Assembly: GCA_049999805.1 (NCBI GenBank)
Contig: JBNGIO010005882.1
Coordinates: forward strand, 126,157 to 190,156
DNA length: 64,000 bases
Reading direction: 5' to 3'
Origin: Folioceros fuciformis
Taxonomy: Eukaryota
Shown in pieces: positions 46,401 to 60,599 of this stretch (positions within the stretch are counted from its first letter, which is position 1; each line of letters starts with the position of its first letter). The notes under the pieces were generated by a model that made no database searches, was not told where the DNA came from, and saw nothing but the letters and a program-made list of their open reading frames with translations. The position numbers and the translations under genes are program-made.

Positions 46401-48442
46401 ATGGCATGGCGTTCTCCCCGTGCAGGCTTCTTTTCGAGAGTGTCCCGACGAGCCTTCGCCTTTGGATCACGTCTGGATCAGGCGCAGACACCTGCTGCAG
46501 GGCCTTTGTATCTCAATAGCGGAAACGCATCACGCCAATCTCGCGTCCTTTCCCGCTTCGTCTTCCTGTGGCGGGCCAACTCCTCCGCAGCGCCAGCCAC
46601 CTCGGCCCCCGCCCCTGCTTCCGGTGCCGCGCACATCAGGAGCCTGCAGGAGGCGGAGATCCTGCAAAATTCTGTCTCCTCTGCGGTCACGGAGAGCCAG
46701 GCTGACATTCTGGAAACGCACAACGGGCAGCTGCTTTACGCGGGGTTCACCTCGGGTGAGCTGCTTGCCACTCTGTTCAATCTCAATCTGGTGGCGTCGG
46801 AGCCGCTGGTTGATCTCAGCATCAAGCTTCTCAAGTCCCGCCTGTCTGAGGCGTTTCCGTTGAGGAACGTGCTCCATTTCGTTGTCAAGAGGACTGCGTA
46901 TCTCCACTTCTGTGCAGGGGAGGATGTGGTGGAAGCCTCCGCCAAGCTGAAGCGGATGTGGGAGCTCGGGCTGAGAGGGATACTGGACTACAGCCTGGAG
47001 GACGCAGAAGACAACCAGGCTTGCCAACGCAATCTTACCGGCTTTCTGGAAACCGTATCTCAGATCCGCGGATTGCCACCCGGTTCGGTAAGGCATCTCA
47101 CCTTCGCGTGTGTGCCTGCGGATGAAATCGTGACAACAGTGGCTTCTCATTCTCTCGCACGCTCATCCGTGTCTGCAGCTTGTCAGACTTGTCACTCGTT
47201 TGATGACGTTGAGAGGAACTTGAGTCATTAACAGGTCCGTCTAGCTGGTTCGCCACTCTGTCACACCTGTCCGCTTGATGCTCAACTTTGGTCTGAGTCT
47301 GTTGGATTTTTTTTTTTTTGGGCGGTCATGGCAGGTGAGCTCGGCTTGTGTCAAAGTTACTGCCATTGCACCGATACCTCTGTTGGAGAGAGTGAGTGAC
47401 CTGCTTAGGTGGCAGCATGTCGACAAGAATTTTCAGCTGCCGTGGAAAGGGTCTGGATTGCCTTTGCTAGCGCCAAACAGCCCCACCTTCCACGTCCAAA
47501 AGGCTCCTGAGCCCCTTACCGCTCAAGAGGAGCAAGACTTGTCTGCAGCTGAGAAGAGGTTGTGGAGGCTGTGTGAGGCTTGCAAGGAGGTGGGACTCCC
47601 TCTGCTGGTGGATGCAGAATATACTTCTGTGCAACCTGCCATAGACCACCTTATATTTGGTGCGGCGATGGAATTCAATACATCTGGCCCTCCTCTGGTA
47701 TACGTTACAATACAAGCGTATCTCAAGGACGCGCTTCCACGTCTCTCTCTGGTCTTTACTGCAGCCTCCGAGAGAGGAGTGTCCCTTGGTGTCAAGCTTG
47801 TGAGAGGAGCTTATCTTACTAGGGAGAACTCTCTGGCTGCCTCGCTCAACGCTGAATCTCCTATTCATTCGAGCATTGAGGAAACACACCGTTGCTACGA
47901 CGCATGTGCTGCTTTTCTGCTGGAACAAGCATCAGCAGGGGAGACTCATGTTGTTCTAGCTACGCACAATATTGATTCTGGTGAGCAAGGACAGATCCTG
48001 ATAGGGATCAGCACTTTCCTATTTTGCCCTATGAATGTTTTTCTATTTAATCTGTTGATAATAAGAAGTGCAATTTCAGGCAAGGCTGCTGCACTCAAGG
48101 CTGAATCGCTTGGACTAGCGAGAGGGGATCGCAGACTACAGTTTGCCCAGCTTAAGGGCATGGCAGATGGCTTATCACTGGCCCTGATAGCTGCAGGGTT
48201 CCAAGTGAGCAAGTACCTGCCATTCGGACCAGTTGCTCAAGTTCTGCCCTACTTGATTAGGAGAGCGGAAGAAAATCGTGGACTCCTTGGAAATACTCGT
48301 GGAGAGCGGGAGCAACTGAGGTGAGATTACTTTTGACACTGATTTGCACAATGCTGATTCGTGCTTCGCAAGATGACGCGATTTACGTGTCTGAAGGGAG
48401 GAGCTGAAGCGCCGCTTCTACGCTGCACTCGGTTTTAAGTGA
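46401..48442 (+). CDS. ProDH: Proline dehydrogenase (mitochondrial), 4 exons
   Basis: HFCAGED, GILDYSLED, VKVTAI, LLVDAEYTSVQPAID, TIQAYLKDA, GVKLVRGAY, LATHN, FAQLKGMAD, SKYLPFGPV..PYLIRRAEENRG; introns approx. 47088-47334, 47981-48079, 48321-48396. Confidence 0.93.
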
Positions 48443-48602
48443 TGGAACGGAAAGGAAAAGAGTGCCCCACATCGTTTTGGGCAAACATATATTATTGCAC
48501 TGTTGCAACAACATTGTAAAATCTCAATCATTGTTTCATAATGAATATGATACATACCGTTGGCCAAAAAGAAGGCCAACGACAAAGAATCGAGTTACTG
48601 TA

Positions 48603-51600
48603 TCAAATAATTTGGTTTTCTTTATCGCCATTTTTCAACTGTTCTGTGGGAAGACAAGAATCATCAACACCCGCAGATGGGACTCCGTAACATCCAAAAC
48701 TGGGGCTTCCGGTTGGGATCATATTATCACAAGCCAATAGAGGCCCAGCTCTACCCCTGGTTTCGTCGGCCTCCATTTTTGAAGCAGCTCCATCTTCCCT
48801 GCGCTCTTCATCGTTGTCGCTCTTTCCACCATCAGTTGGCAATCCACCTGTCGCAGCCACTAACGCGTCAACAGTGGACTTGTTGTAACTCAGGTCAAGC
48901 CTTTCCGCTGGCAGACTACCCCTCTGTACTCTTCGTCTGTGCTTGAACAAGGTACGTACTTGGGCTTTCACCTGCACAGAGATTTTAAGTTCGTAAGATA
49001 ACACGTCCAAGCTGGTTCAAGGACGGAAAACAACAAGAGACCAGACGAACCTTCTTGTTTCCTATGTCACAAAGCGGAGTACGTCTAACTGAGCTAACCC
49101 CAGCAGCCTCTTGGGTTGCATGCCCTTCCTCATCATGCTGGATTTCCCTCCATGCATAGTCCAGTACGTTCGCTCCATGGAGCGCAAGCACCTGCTGTGC
49201 TTTTCTGGTGCCGGCATCTGCTACCCACTGCTCCTCCTGTTTCATAGTGCCCCCTTGTGAGTTCCCAGACTGCTCAGTGACCCGTCGCCGCTCCTTATCC
49301 AGTCTGAGAGTTTCCACGGCTTCTGCCATTTCCATTTGAACTGCAGTTGCCACCGCGGATGGGTCCGCTTCCACCTCCACACTTTCCCTGTTTGCACACT
49401 TGCCGGCTTTGCATCCGCAGTTTGGCCCGCAGAGACCACCTGCAGCCTTGCATTCACATTTCCTTGTCTTACATCCTGAACAAGGACTACATGAGCAGCA
49501 CCTTTCTGTTCCTGAATGATACTTACGTTCATTTTCGTCAAATACACTCTCACCTGCCAGAGGCCTTGACCTGCATTCTGACACTTGAGAGGCCTCAAGA
49601 TCTTGTAGTCTGGATCTTGCAACCCTCGATTTTCTGTTTACCTGCGAACCTTTTCCGTCTCTCCGTAGTCTAGTTTTCTGTGCACCATCTCTGTTTTTCT
49701 TGACAATGGATCTTGCCGTACGATGTTCCCATTCCTCATCGGACACGCCACCATCAGAAATATCCATGTCTGACTCCGCTTCTAAGCCGTCATTCTCAGA
49801 ACAACGAGCTATCTTGCTGCTCTGAAGCTCGCGCGAATCCTAACGGGGATAAATAGCATCACGCCCACCGAGGAGGCAGGGTTAGACGTGCCCCGCAACA
49901 CCAACCTAATTCTCCATAAAAAGGAGAGACTTGCTATTTATCTTTGGAACGTAACTGCTGACAAAACCAAAGGAATTGAGAAAAGAACAACAAGCACTTG
50001 TGCAAGCTGTTCATTTCCAGGACACGTCAATCCTCTTGTGAGCTACTAACTTCAATTGGGGTAGCAAAGACCTAGCGCAACCTACTCGAACACTGCCAGG
50101 TGTTCGGGCAGCAACTTCCTCAAACTATATACAAGACCACAAGGAGAGACAGATGAATTCTCGACCTACGACGCGCGTAAGGCAAAACTATTTCGACCAT
50201 TTTTGCTCCAAGGATAGGGATGCTGAGAACGCTAAGAGACACACCACTTTGATCATAACTACAGAGTCGTTAAGCGGCCGACACCGGTTAACCAGCCTCG
50301 CAACAGATTTGATCGTCAGGACACCACTCAAGCCAAGAAAGATCTTTGACAGAACGACCACAAATTCGATCTCTGGTATCTTTTATCAAATTTTTGCTAG
50401 TGTAAACGATCATACTACTGAATCTAGCTTCAGGAACACAATAAATCACAAAAGGAACGCAGATCCAAGACAGAATTAACCGTGCAAAGGGCGAAAGGGG
50501 TGAGGGAGCATGCCTTCCTGAGCGTGTACGGGAAGCTGCTTTTTCCCACAGATGCATCGCAGTCAACATTGGTGAAATCTCTGAAGTTCTCCGCGCTACG
50601 TTCCTTAGCGTCAGCAACGCTGCTCTGAGATGCTGCACCACTACGCTGATCCACAACAGACTTGCCACTCAAGTCCGCAACAACCTGTGCCACGAAACTC
50701 CATGTGAGCCAAGCTATTCCGGTAGAAACAACACTTGGACTGTTGGGCACGAAGTAGACGACCACTCACCAACGACGGAAATTCTTGAGCCAAGGAGGCT
50801 TTGTTTAATTTGACTTTGTTGACAGCCGGATGACTTTCTCGTACCTTCGTTGCTGATGCGACAACTGCAGCGACAGCCTGATCTTTAAGCCTGTGCTGCC
50901 TTTCGATATCAAGCCGCTGTGCATCACGTTTCCTTAGAAGATCTTGTAATTCTGCAATCTTCTCCTTGAGTTCTCCGATCTCTTCTTCTTTATCACGTAA
51001 CTGACACCTGCAAAGTTGAAGATGGGTCAGCCTTAGGCCCTGTATTTTCCACCAAGATGTCAACAAAAGAGTGTGGTATGTCCATAATTTGCCTGGAAGA
51101 AGCAGCTGCGTTGAATATGAATTGCAGCAGATTCTTGGCATCCGCGAGAGTCCTTAGATGTTGCCATCGTGCCCGACCACTCAGGGTGCGTTCCCGCTCT
51201 TCTGCTTCAGACAACTGTGAAGCCATGGACACCAGTGCTGTCGATGAGGTGTTTACAATACTCTCAAGCAAACCAATCCGAGCTCGTCTTGCGTTCGGAG
51301 ACATGGAAAGTGGTGACCTGTAGGGAACCACACTTAATATTGCTTCCAATAACCGCTTAGGTTCAATGTCTAGAAGTCGCAACGTCAGTCCAACCGTCCG
51401 TCCATATCTCAACAAATAAGAGTAAAGATGTATTCAAGTACCCAGTAGCAGCCCCGTTCGGTGTATGTGGGCGGGGATCCGGTGAATTTTGAGATCTCTC
51501 TTCCTCTTCCTGAAGGGTCCGTAACTCCTTCGCAAAAGTTACACGCCTGCAAGTACAATTTAGAAATGAAAAATGCTCGTAAGATTTAAACAATCAAGAT

Positions 51601-54600
51601 CAAAGCTCGCAAAAAGCAAAAGCAAAGGGTCACAAACTCACGATTCGGCCTGTTTTTCGTATGCTGATCTCACTTCATGGACGCGCACTGTCACTTCAAG
51701 CTCCTGCTCCAACCAGTGTTGGAGGGCATTTTCGTTGCTCTGCAGCATCCACACCAAGGTTGCATCAGCGCAGCTCGCCAAACTCGGCACACAATGATGA
51801 TCTGAAAACTCACCCGGCTTGCAAAAACACTTGAGACAGATCCACCTGGGAATAGACACAGGGGTGTCAACAACAGTCCGGTGGAGACGCTACGCCATCA
51901 CTGCTTTTTCAGAGACCTCAGGCTATCTTCCTAAAGGCAGGAAGAGCCAGGACGGGCTTACCATTAGATGCAGTATCACGAGGAGATGACTTCCGGGCTT
52001 CCAGTAGTTCCTTCAACCGCCGAGTTGCAATAGCAGCTTCTTCTGTTTTCCGCTGCAATACCTGCATGAAGGATGCAGAGCTCAGCACGTTGGACGTGGA
52101 CTTCCGTCAAGATGGCAGGTGACATCTATTCGCAAGTCACAAGCATTCTACAAACGTACACCCCCAGAGTTCATACAATTCGACCCTACTTGAGGCTTAA
52201 AATTGGAGTCTCACCATTTTCTGACGTTGATTCAAGGCTTGGAGTTTGTGCATCTCGTATTCCGTTCTTCGGCCTTCCTTACGAAGCTGCAGGAAGAAAA
52301 CAATTTTCAAGATATGCATAGACGTACAGCAGCGGAAAATGAGATCGAATCCTCGTAAGTATTTGCAAACCTGTAGAACCTCCTTTTCGCGGCAAGCCTT
52401 CCAAAGGCGGAACTGCTCGGCTTCCTGCTTGATCTTATGTTGCAATTGAACCTGAAGGTGCACAAGAGGAAGTAGTAAGACCAGAGCAAGGGTACCAAAA
52501 CTTGATTACAGTTGATCGGTTCGGCCCCTACTTTCTGAGTTTTAATGCGTTGTATATCATCCAGCAAACGTTTAGCAGCTTCATCGCTACGCTGTTTCTG
52601 CCGCAAAAGGTGGGACTGATTTTCTTGTCTCTTCTTCAAATCTGAGATCTGAGATGTATCCCACGATTTTGAGTGTTATTCGTACGGATTTCCCCATGCA
52701 TCGATAACAACTGCAGCAAAGAGGCATACCTGTGACTCTAGTAGCCTCAACTTTTGCTGATAGATCTCTTGCATCTTCTGAGTGTGCTCGTCAGAGTTCG
52801 TGGTCAGAGTTTCCAGCTCGAGTACAAGAGCATCCCTCTCTTTCTGGTAGACAAAGGGCTGACATAAACTTGTAGGCCAAGACCGCAAAACAAGTGCAAG
52901 CCGAAGAAAGATTTATGTCGTCTCCAGAACCTTTCAGAACGATTTATACCTGCAGCAACTTCTTCTCCTCCTCCAATTCCACAAGCTTTTTCTCAAAGTG
53001 GTGTTTCAAAACTAAAGTCTCAGATTTTGCAAATGTCTTCATTTCAGCCTGCAACACCCGCAATGGTTAAAGCAACTTGTAAGAGCGTACACCGCAATGG
53101 TTAAAGCAACTTGTAAGATCGAACTTGTAAGACAAACGACAATAAACCCACAGACAGTACCTCTTTTTGCTCTAAATGCTTATTCAACTCCTGCAGTTCC
53201 TTGTCCAGCTTGTCTTGCAACAGTGTATGTTCAAGCTCCTTCGCTTCCACGTATTCTTCACCGTCACCTACGTGTCTTAAACCTAGTCAGAATATGCTGT
53301 TCCAAGAGCATCATTGTGCTCAGAAACACAGGACGGGACCAGGCATCACCTCCTGGTTCCTCTTCGGTAGAAGATGGACAGCTGACTTCCTCTGAATCCA
53401 ACACCAAAGAATCCGGATGCCTCTTGCTCAAGCAAAGGTTTACATCAGCAGCACTATAGTTTGCATCAGACGCTACCACTTGGTCCTCTTCCATCTTCTG
53501 GATCCTCCTCACAAACATATTCTCCTGTGAACCCGATCCATTATGTTCCTTATATTACTTACAGAAGTAAATGGCATCGGCAAGACAAGTCGAAAGCTAA
53601 CGCAAACGGTGGAAGCATAGTTAAAACTGGAAAAAGTACATACTTCGGAGCCATTTCCTTCTTTGATTTGCGCTTTCCCGTCTCCAGGTTTGCTGCGCTT
53701 GCTGTTCAGAGTGTCCTGCGCCACTTACATGCACTCTTAGATGATACAATGACATCACAAGTGACCAGAAGCAAAGATCATGGCACACAAAAACTTTCCA
53801 ACTGGAAGAATGACAGAACGTATCAATGGGCAAACCTGATCATCCAGCCCATGTTGTGACAATGCATTTGTTCTGCCAGACAAAGCTTCCAGGTGTTGCT
53901 GAAGCTCTGTGTTGGTGGACTCCAGCCAGGCAACCCTTTCCTTCAGCATCTGCATGCAAAGACATTCAAAATTCAGAGAAACTTTGATAGACAAACTAAG
54001 CCCCCTTGATTGAATGGGCGACATTTGGCCAAACCTGCACATCCTCAAAAGAAGTGCCACCAGCTCGGGCACAGAGAAGCTCAGCCTGCATAAGGTCCAT
54101 CTGCTGTCTCATCCTTTGCATTTCAGCAGCGATTGGGTCCCGGTTGACCTGCCACGGTTGGAACACGATGAAGTACTTGTACTCCAGGAAAATTTCCCCC
54201 AAACTAAACAACAAGACACTCACTGTAGGCTTGTTTTGAATGTTCCGTGCCCTATTAGCATATTTCAGCGTATTCAATGTCTCCTCAGCATTTGAGTCTG
54301 CTGGGCTGACACAAGCTGCAAAATGTACAACTTGAACTGAGTGTCCAACCAAATACATGCAAAGAATGATTTATTCAATCATCAGACAGCGAGCAAGCTT
54401 ACCAATCATAACCGTTCGGCTGTTGCCCCCCAAAGAGTCCTGCACCAAAGTACAAAGAGGAAAAGCTAAACCAAAGAAGTCTAACTGATTTGAACAATTT
54501 CAAAACAAACTGCAAAACAAAAACAACACCTGCAGCAGTCGTGTTAGTTTACTGTCGCGGTAAGGCACATGACCACCCTCCTTCCTCTTTTTATCATCCC

Positions 54601-56348
54601 CCAGAGCACTGATAACATTTCCAAGAGCAAGAAGCCCCTTGTTGATGTGGACTCCTGCATACCGCCATTCACGTAGGCTAGAATCCAGAGCAAACACACA
54701 CGGAAAAAAAAACAGGAAAACGGCACTGACCTTCTTTGAAACGCACTCCATCAGCTCCAGTTCGTTTAGCCCTCTCGGACCCTGCAAGGTCCACTAAGTG
54801 CAGTTTCGCACACAAGAAGTCGTCATGCAACTCATCTAAGTCAGCCCCACTATCAGGGGCAGGAAGGTCCCACTTCCGCCGCTGTTCGACTGTCACTGTG
54901 AAGATAGCATGCGAACGACTGCAAAAACGATGGGGACACAGAAAAGGGGCTGTCAGCAGTCGTTTAAATTAAACAAACGGATGCTACTCAAGATGTAAAA
55001 GGACAAAGCAGTACTCAGAACTTGTTTCTGCAGTGATGCACAGTACTCGGCATTAGCAAACAGAGCCGCAGATTAAACAGGAATGGCTTTTCTCTTGCCA
55101 CTCTGTACAGCAAAAGCATCCCACCTGGAGCTTGTGTTCATGTTCGTGCTCCCAGTTGCACGACACAGGGATCCTTGCTCCAGACACGATGCCATCTCAG
55201 AAACGTTGTTTACAACTGTCTCCGTTATTCCAGCGATAACAATGCCACCACTTGTGGTTTCTCGGATCTGAATCGGAGGTTTGACTGGACCTGATATTTT
55301 TAACACTCCCCCAAACACCCCAGCACCATTTGCCGGATCAAGTTTAGACGCAGCTTGACTTGAATCAAGGAGATCATGTATCTCCTCCTTAAGAATCTGC
55401 AAGACCGAGCCTCATGATGATGATACTGAGACCAAAACAGTATTCGACAGAGACCGCAAGGGCTCTCTGTAGCTGGTGGCAAAAGAGCAGACGTGAAAGC
55501 GCGCACGCTGTGAATAGCATACCTCTATGTAGGACACTCGAAGGAGGAACTCCATGTTTTGCTGCAACGACTCAATTTTCGCAAAGATGGCTGCCATAAC
55601 CTGTGGTATCACAGCTTCTGCGGTGCCCCCCACCGTGTAACCCGTTCCCATGGTGAAGGTTTTCCCAGAACCCGTCTACAAGAACGCAAATAGTTATGAG
55701 CGGTGCTCACAGTGTAGGAGCTGAATGCACGAGAGGATGAGCTACACTGGTCACCAAAGTTTCACAGGATGCCAGGCACAGGCTAAAGAGGCACAAGTTA
55801 GAGAAGAGAGGTACATTCACGGCGCTAGAGCAACATCCGGTGCTACTCAATAGTCACAACATAGAAGACAAAGACTGAGGCCATAAAGCAGATCCTCAGG
55901 TTCCAGGGCGGACCTGTCCATAGGCCAGAACTGTTGCATTGTAGCCATGGAAAAGGCCGTCAACCAGAGGAGCAACACATTCGCTAAAAAGCGCCGACAG
56001 AGGGGTGCCAGTGCTTCCATATACATGATCGAACGTGAAAGAGTGCACACCTATCTGGACCTGTACAAGAAGCAAAACATTCTATGTGAAAGGGGCCTCA
56101 CGGTGCCGAAGCTACCAAGCAGCGGTGACAGAATCTATGGAAAGCACACGGCGGTGCCAATTGAAGTACAACAAGATAGAGGCAGCCAGCCGAATTGCGG
56201 TGCGCGCTTTCCACGGCCCAACCTGAGGCTCGCCGGGGACAACGGAAATGCAATCCTTGCAGCCTTGCATGCGCTCTGATGCTATAAGAGGACGGATGTT
56301 CAAGGCCACTTGCACAGCCTGCGTTGCATCACTGCCAGAAACCTCCAT
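48603..56348 (-). CDS. Kinesin-4 family motor (KIN4C/KIF4-like) with coiled coils and a Cys-rich CXC tail, multi-exon
   Basis: [119 protein letters not shown]. Confidence 0.92.
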
Positions 56349-56916
56349 GGAGCTGCTTTGATGGAGATGCGAATTACATGGATTGTGGCCAAGGGAAAGG
56401 AGTGGACGGAGAGAGTAGCAAAGGAGAAAGAGACGGAAGCTGCAGCACCAAGCAGCGTCCACCGCGGGACTGAAGAGTGTTAGCAAGAAGCCCAAGCGGC
56501 TCCCTCCTAGCAAACGGCAGTCTCACCGAACGATGAACCGAATGCCCCCTTCGGTTCGGATAGAGAGGCGTCGACTGGCGACCAAATTCAAAATGTCTAA
56601 CTTTGGCAGGTAGGTACTGTATGTATGTAACTACGTATGTAGCTGGGTCGGCCCTTTTTCAAATATTAACCGGGCGGAGGGGAACGTTGCCGACATGTGC
56701 ATATAGATCTTATGGAGGTATGCAGACTAAGCTATGTCTTCTTAGAAAAACCATCTCCCTTAGAGAGGAGGTAGACCATGGAGATACTAGGGACTAGTCC
56801 TTGAAGCCTAATGACTACCAACAGCAGTTAAAATATCATGGTATACGAGGAGAAAGAGTTTACTTGCCATTGGAGTTGTTAATGCCATCTCTCGTCTCAA
56901 CACTGTCATGTTGTAA

Positions 56917-57140
56917 ATGGCATTGGCCAACACTCACTACATAGCAATGGAAACCCTATGCCCACAAAACGCTACCCTATGCCCACAAAACGCTACCCTA
57001 TGCCCACAAAACGCTACAATATACGAAAGAGGACCAGCACATCTTGTAAATGAAATGGCATTGGCCAACACTCACTATAGAGCAATGGAAACCCTATGCC
57101 CACAAAACGCTACAATATACAAAAGAGGACCAGCACACTG
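56917..57140. repeat. 21-bp tandem repeat (CCCTATGCCCACAAAACGCTA x3) inside a ~138-bp duplication
   Basis: ATGGCATTGGCCAACACTCACTA at 56917 and 57055. Confidence 0.85.
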
Positions 57141-57212
57141 GATTCTTCGAAAGTACTATAGCCAACTGATTATCACACCGTAAAGGTGTTGGACTAGGTT
57201 GTAACTGTTCCA

Positions 57213-59990
57213 ATGGTGCGGAGGAAGCCCATCAATCAAACGCTTATGAAGAGGCGGCCCGTCACTAGAGAAAACACCCGTTGTCGAACCAGTGTCCCAT
57301 TAAGGAAGAGAGATGCAGCAGTCATAGCTGGCTACTTCATGAAGTTATGTTGCAATCAAATGTGCATTCGACGTTTATCAAAAGAGACGTTCCAAGAACA
57401 ACGGTATAGATTTTTACAGATGGGGAGACAAGAACAAGAAACATTATTGGAGTCACTGGTTCAAGTGGAGACATCTGGAAGATCAAAAAAGAAGGTTGTA
57501 ACATACTTGAAGGGTGAGAGATCGGTGAGGTATTGTTTGAAGTCATTTCGGCGGGTGTATTGTATTGGCTTCAAACGATACGATGAGCTTTGTGCCAGGG
57601 TGCTAGCAGCTGCTCCCTGGGACAGCATGCAAGGGAACCCACCTATCTCATCTTCAGCGAGCAGCAATGCATTAGCGTGGATGGATACCACCTTCCTCAA
57701 CATGGCTGAGCGCCTTCCGAATGTGGAGGTTTACAACTTGCCGGACATCTACACCAAGCTTGAGATTTCGAACCAATATGAGCAAAAGTGTGAGAGGTCC
57801 ATGTGTGCCTTCATTTCGTACCAATGGTTCTTATACATTTGGAAGCAGCACTTTAGCAAGGTAAAGATACCAAAGCCCAATCGCTTCTCCACTTGCTCCG
57901 TTTGTGCTGGATTGAAAGCCACGATGAAGAATACATCAACTAAAGCAGAACAACGTATGTACTGTCATTTGCTGACTAAACCATAGGTCATTTCCTCATA
58001 CCAATGGACACCGCACAGTATGGTCAGCGTGCGTACGTTTACACTAGAACTTTAGTGTTTGTCGATGACCTAGACATAGTTGGATTGCCTTCACCTTATA
58101 TGCCTGTGTTTGTACTGCCGATGGGCTGGGAGCTGCCCCCATCAGGCCGGTGTATGATCAAGCACGCGGTGTCTATTTAGCTGTCTATATACATGAAGGG
58201 CCCCAACTTGCCAGAGCCCTACCTATGTGTAGGCTTTCGTGCTTATAGTAGGGTCTTTTGATCAACCCATTCTGTGGGAATTATAGGTGGGTTTTGTGAT
58301 CACACTTGGCCCGTCCCAGAATCCCCGAAAGTAGGGTTTAACTGTCGTGAAGCACTGCTCAACTGCCCCTGCCGTTAGATTGGTCCTTGACTAAATGAAT
58401 GTCATCGATCAGTCAGACCCAACTCACCTGATATTCGGTGTCGTGCATGCAGAGAAGTACCAGACTGCTCTTGACGCCCACTGACATCAGTTATGCGCAG
58501 AGCGTGAAAAGATGTCCATGCATCAAATCAAAAGCTATGTGTACCCGCGGAAGTACCTGATGATGGCAATCCATGGGATAGATCAAAAGAAGATGGAGAT
58601 TCCACACTTCTTACGATGGTACAATAACCTACATGAGGAAAGCCGCGTGGCAGTGCATGTAGTAGGGTGTATGGTGCACAACGACGTGTATAGTGCGAAG
58701 GCATACCAACATCTGGCAAACTTGTGGAATGATGCAAACTTGACTATATCAATCATCCTTGATGCTATTCACACATATGCAAGCGTATTGCTAAAGGTTC
58801 TATACTTACAACTGGACAACACATGTAGAGAGAATAAGAACCAACTGCTCTTCGCATACCAGAAAATACTCGTGGATATGAGAACGTTTGAAAAAGTCAA
58901 AGTTGGTTTTTTGCTTCTGGGCCACATGCATGACCAAATAGACCAAATGTTTTGCAAAACGCTTACACAACTACTCCACAGGTGAAGATCCTCACACAAG
59001 TCCTAGATTTCAGATCCTTCGTGTGGCCAGTTCAAAGGGGAGCGGGATGCAGTGCCCGCAGAACGACACGATGTTTGAATAATCTCTTGTTCCAACATCA
59101 ATTCAAAATAACCCGCAAGTAGAGAGATGACCAGGGGCTCGTCAGAGTGATGCGAAGTAAGCAGTATTCGACGTCTCCCACTTGGGACACAGTAGAAGGC
59201 CTAGAGTTTTTGAAATTTGTCCTAACGGCCACTATCTCTTCTGCACCACCCCTCTCTCTACGAGCAAGGGACAAGAAAGGAAGTGATACTAATATGCAAC
59301 CAGTAGCCGGGGTTACCCACTTGAAGGATGGCCTTGCCGAGTTGCTTGCCTATATCTTGTTGGAGGATGGATTGTGGTGGGATGAGTTCTGAGAAACCCA
59401 AAATGCAATAGCAGAAATGGTAGAGATCGAAATAGAGCTCCCTCTACAGGTTGCGTGGAAATGGTTTTAGAGGGATGCAGCCCAGGAGAGTGTTGAACCA
59501 TTGCAAGTCCCTGATGAAACGTTTCTTCACGAGGCAGTGCTGAGGGAGCTCCCACAGAGGGACACGTACATAGGCAACTATCGGTAGCCCATACAACAAC
59601 AACAGCAGATGGATCGCGTGAACGGTGATGTGTCTGAGATAAGGGAGGGAATGTTCATTGCAACCCCATGCTACACAGATACACACAATTGGCCTTTCTA
59701 GATAAGAAAAGTGGAGGAAGTGCAAATGGAAGGTGCCCAGCCAAGCTTGCTCATCAATTGGTACCAAATTGAACATACAAATGCATATGAAGGGACGTAT
59801 GTAGAAGAATTCATTATCAAAAGCAATAGGCGACAGGACGGCGGTAGGGCAACCTAGCAAGGGCGGAAGGACAAACACCCCAAAAATGTTCAAGAGTTGT
59901 TTTTGGATGAGACTGTTATCCTCTATTACGGTTTCAACCTCACGAAAAGAAAGCACCTTTATGCCACTAATAAAAAGGGGATTTGAGACA
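57213..59990 (+). mobile_element. Degenerate spliced DDE-type transposase, Sola-like (DUF7869-like)
   Basis: N-terminal CC..C / YCLKSFRRVYCIG / WKQHFSKVKIPK..RFSTCSVC; core LYLQLDNTCRENKN...VKVGFLLLGHMHDQIDQMF; candidate intron ~57955-58452; in-frame stops. Superfamily assignment is from motif memory only. Confidence 0.6.
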
Positions 59991-60599
59991 AACTCCATCA
60001 GTTGCGTGGGATAATAAAACTCCCAAGTGACTCTCAAACAGTAGGCAGTGACGACAAGTCACAGTAGATGGTTGTTGGCATAGGCCTCTGTCTGCCTGTA
60101 TGTAGGTTGCCTAAAAGCAAGCAGTTGTGAAACAATGTGCCAAGCCATTTTGGAATGAACCATTGGCATGCACCTTCACCTTGGGACGACGAGTGTCCCT
60201 GACAATAAGAAGTTGGCATTGCCATCTGTCAAGGAGTGAGGGTTGGAATTCACTAAACTTATTAGCGTTCATAAGATAGATGACAATAGATAGCCACAAT
60301 GTTATGAGTGCAGTGAAACAAGGGATGTAATCCATTACCGTTTGTATTGTAGTCATGGCTACAATGACAAAATTTTGTCCGCATTATGTACAGTTGTGTA
60401 CGGACTTTCGATAGCAGAGGGTTGTAGCACATGATCCTAACATTGCCCACATCTAAATATGTAGACTTGCCTTCATCATGCAAGTCGGGTGTTGGAAGGC
60501 GCCGGCCGACGTGAAACTTCCACGTACAAGATGGATGTCTATATTTCAAGCTGGGAAGATCATGGGTCCATACGAAAAAGTGGTCTAGCGAATGAGAAC

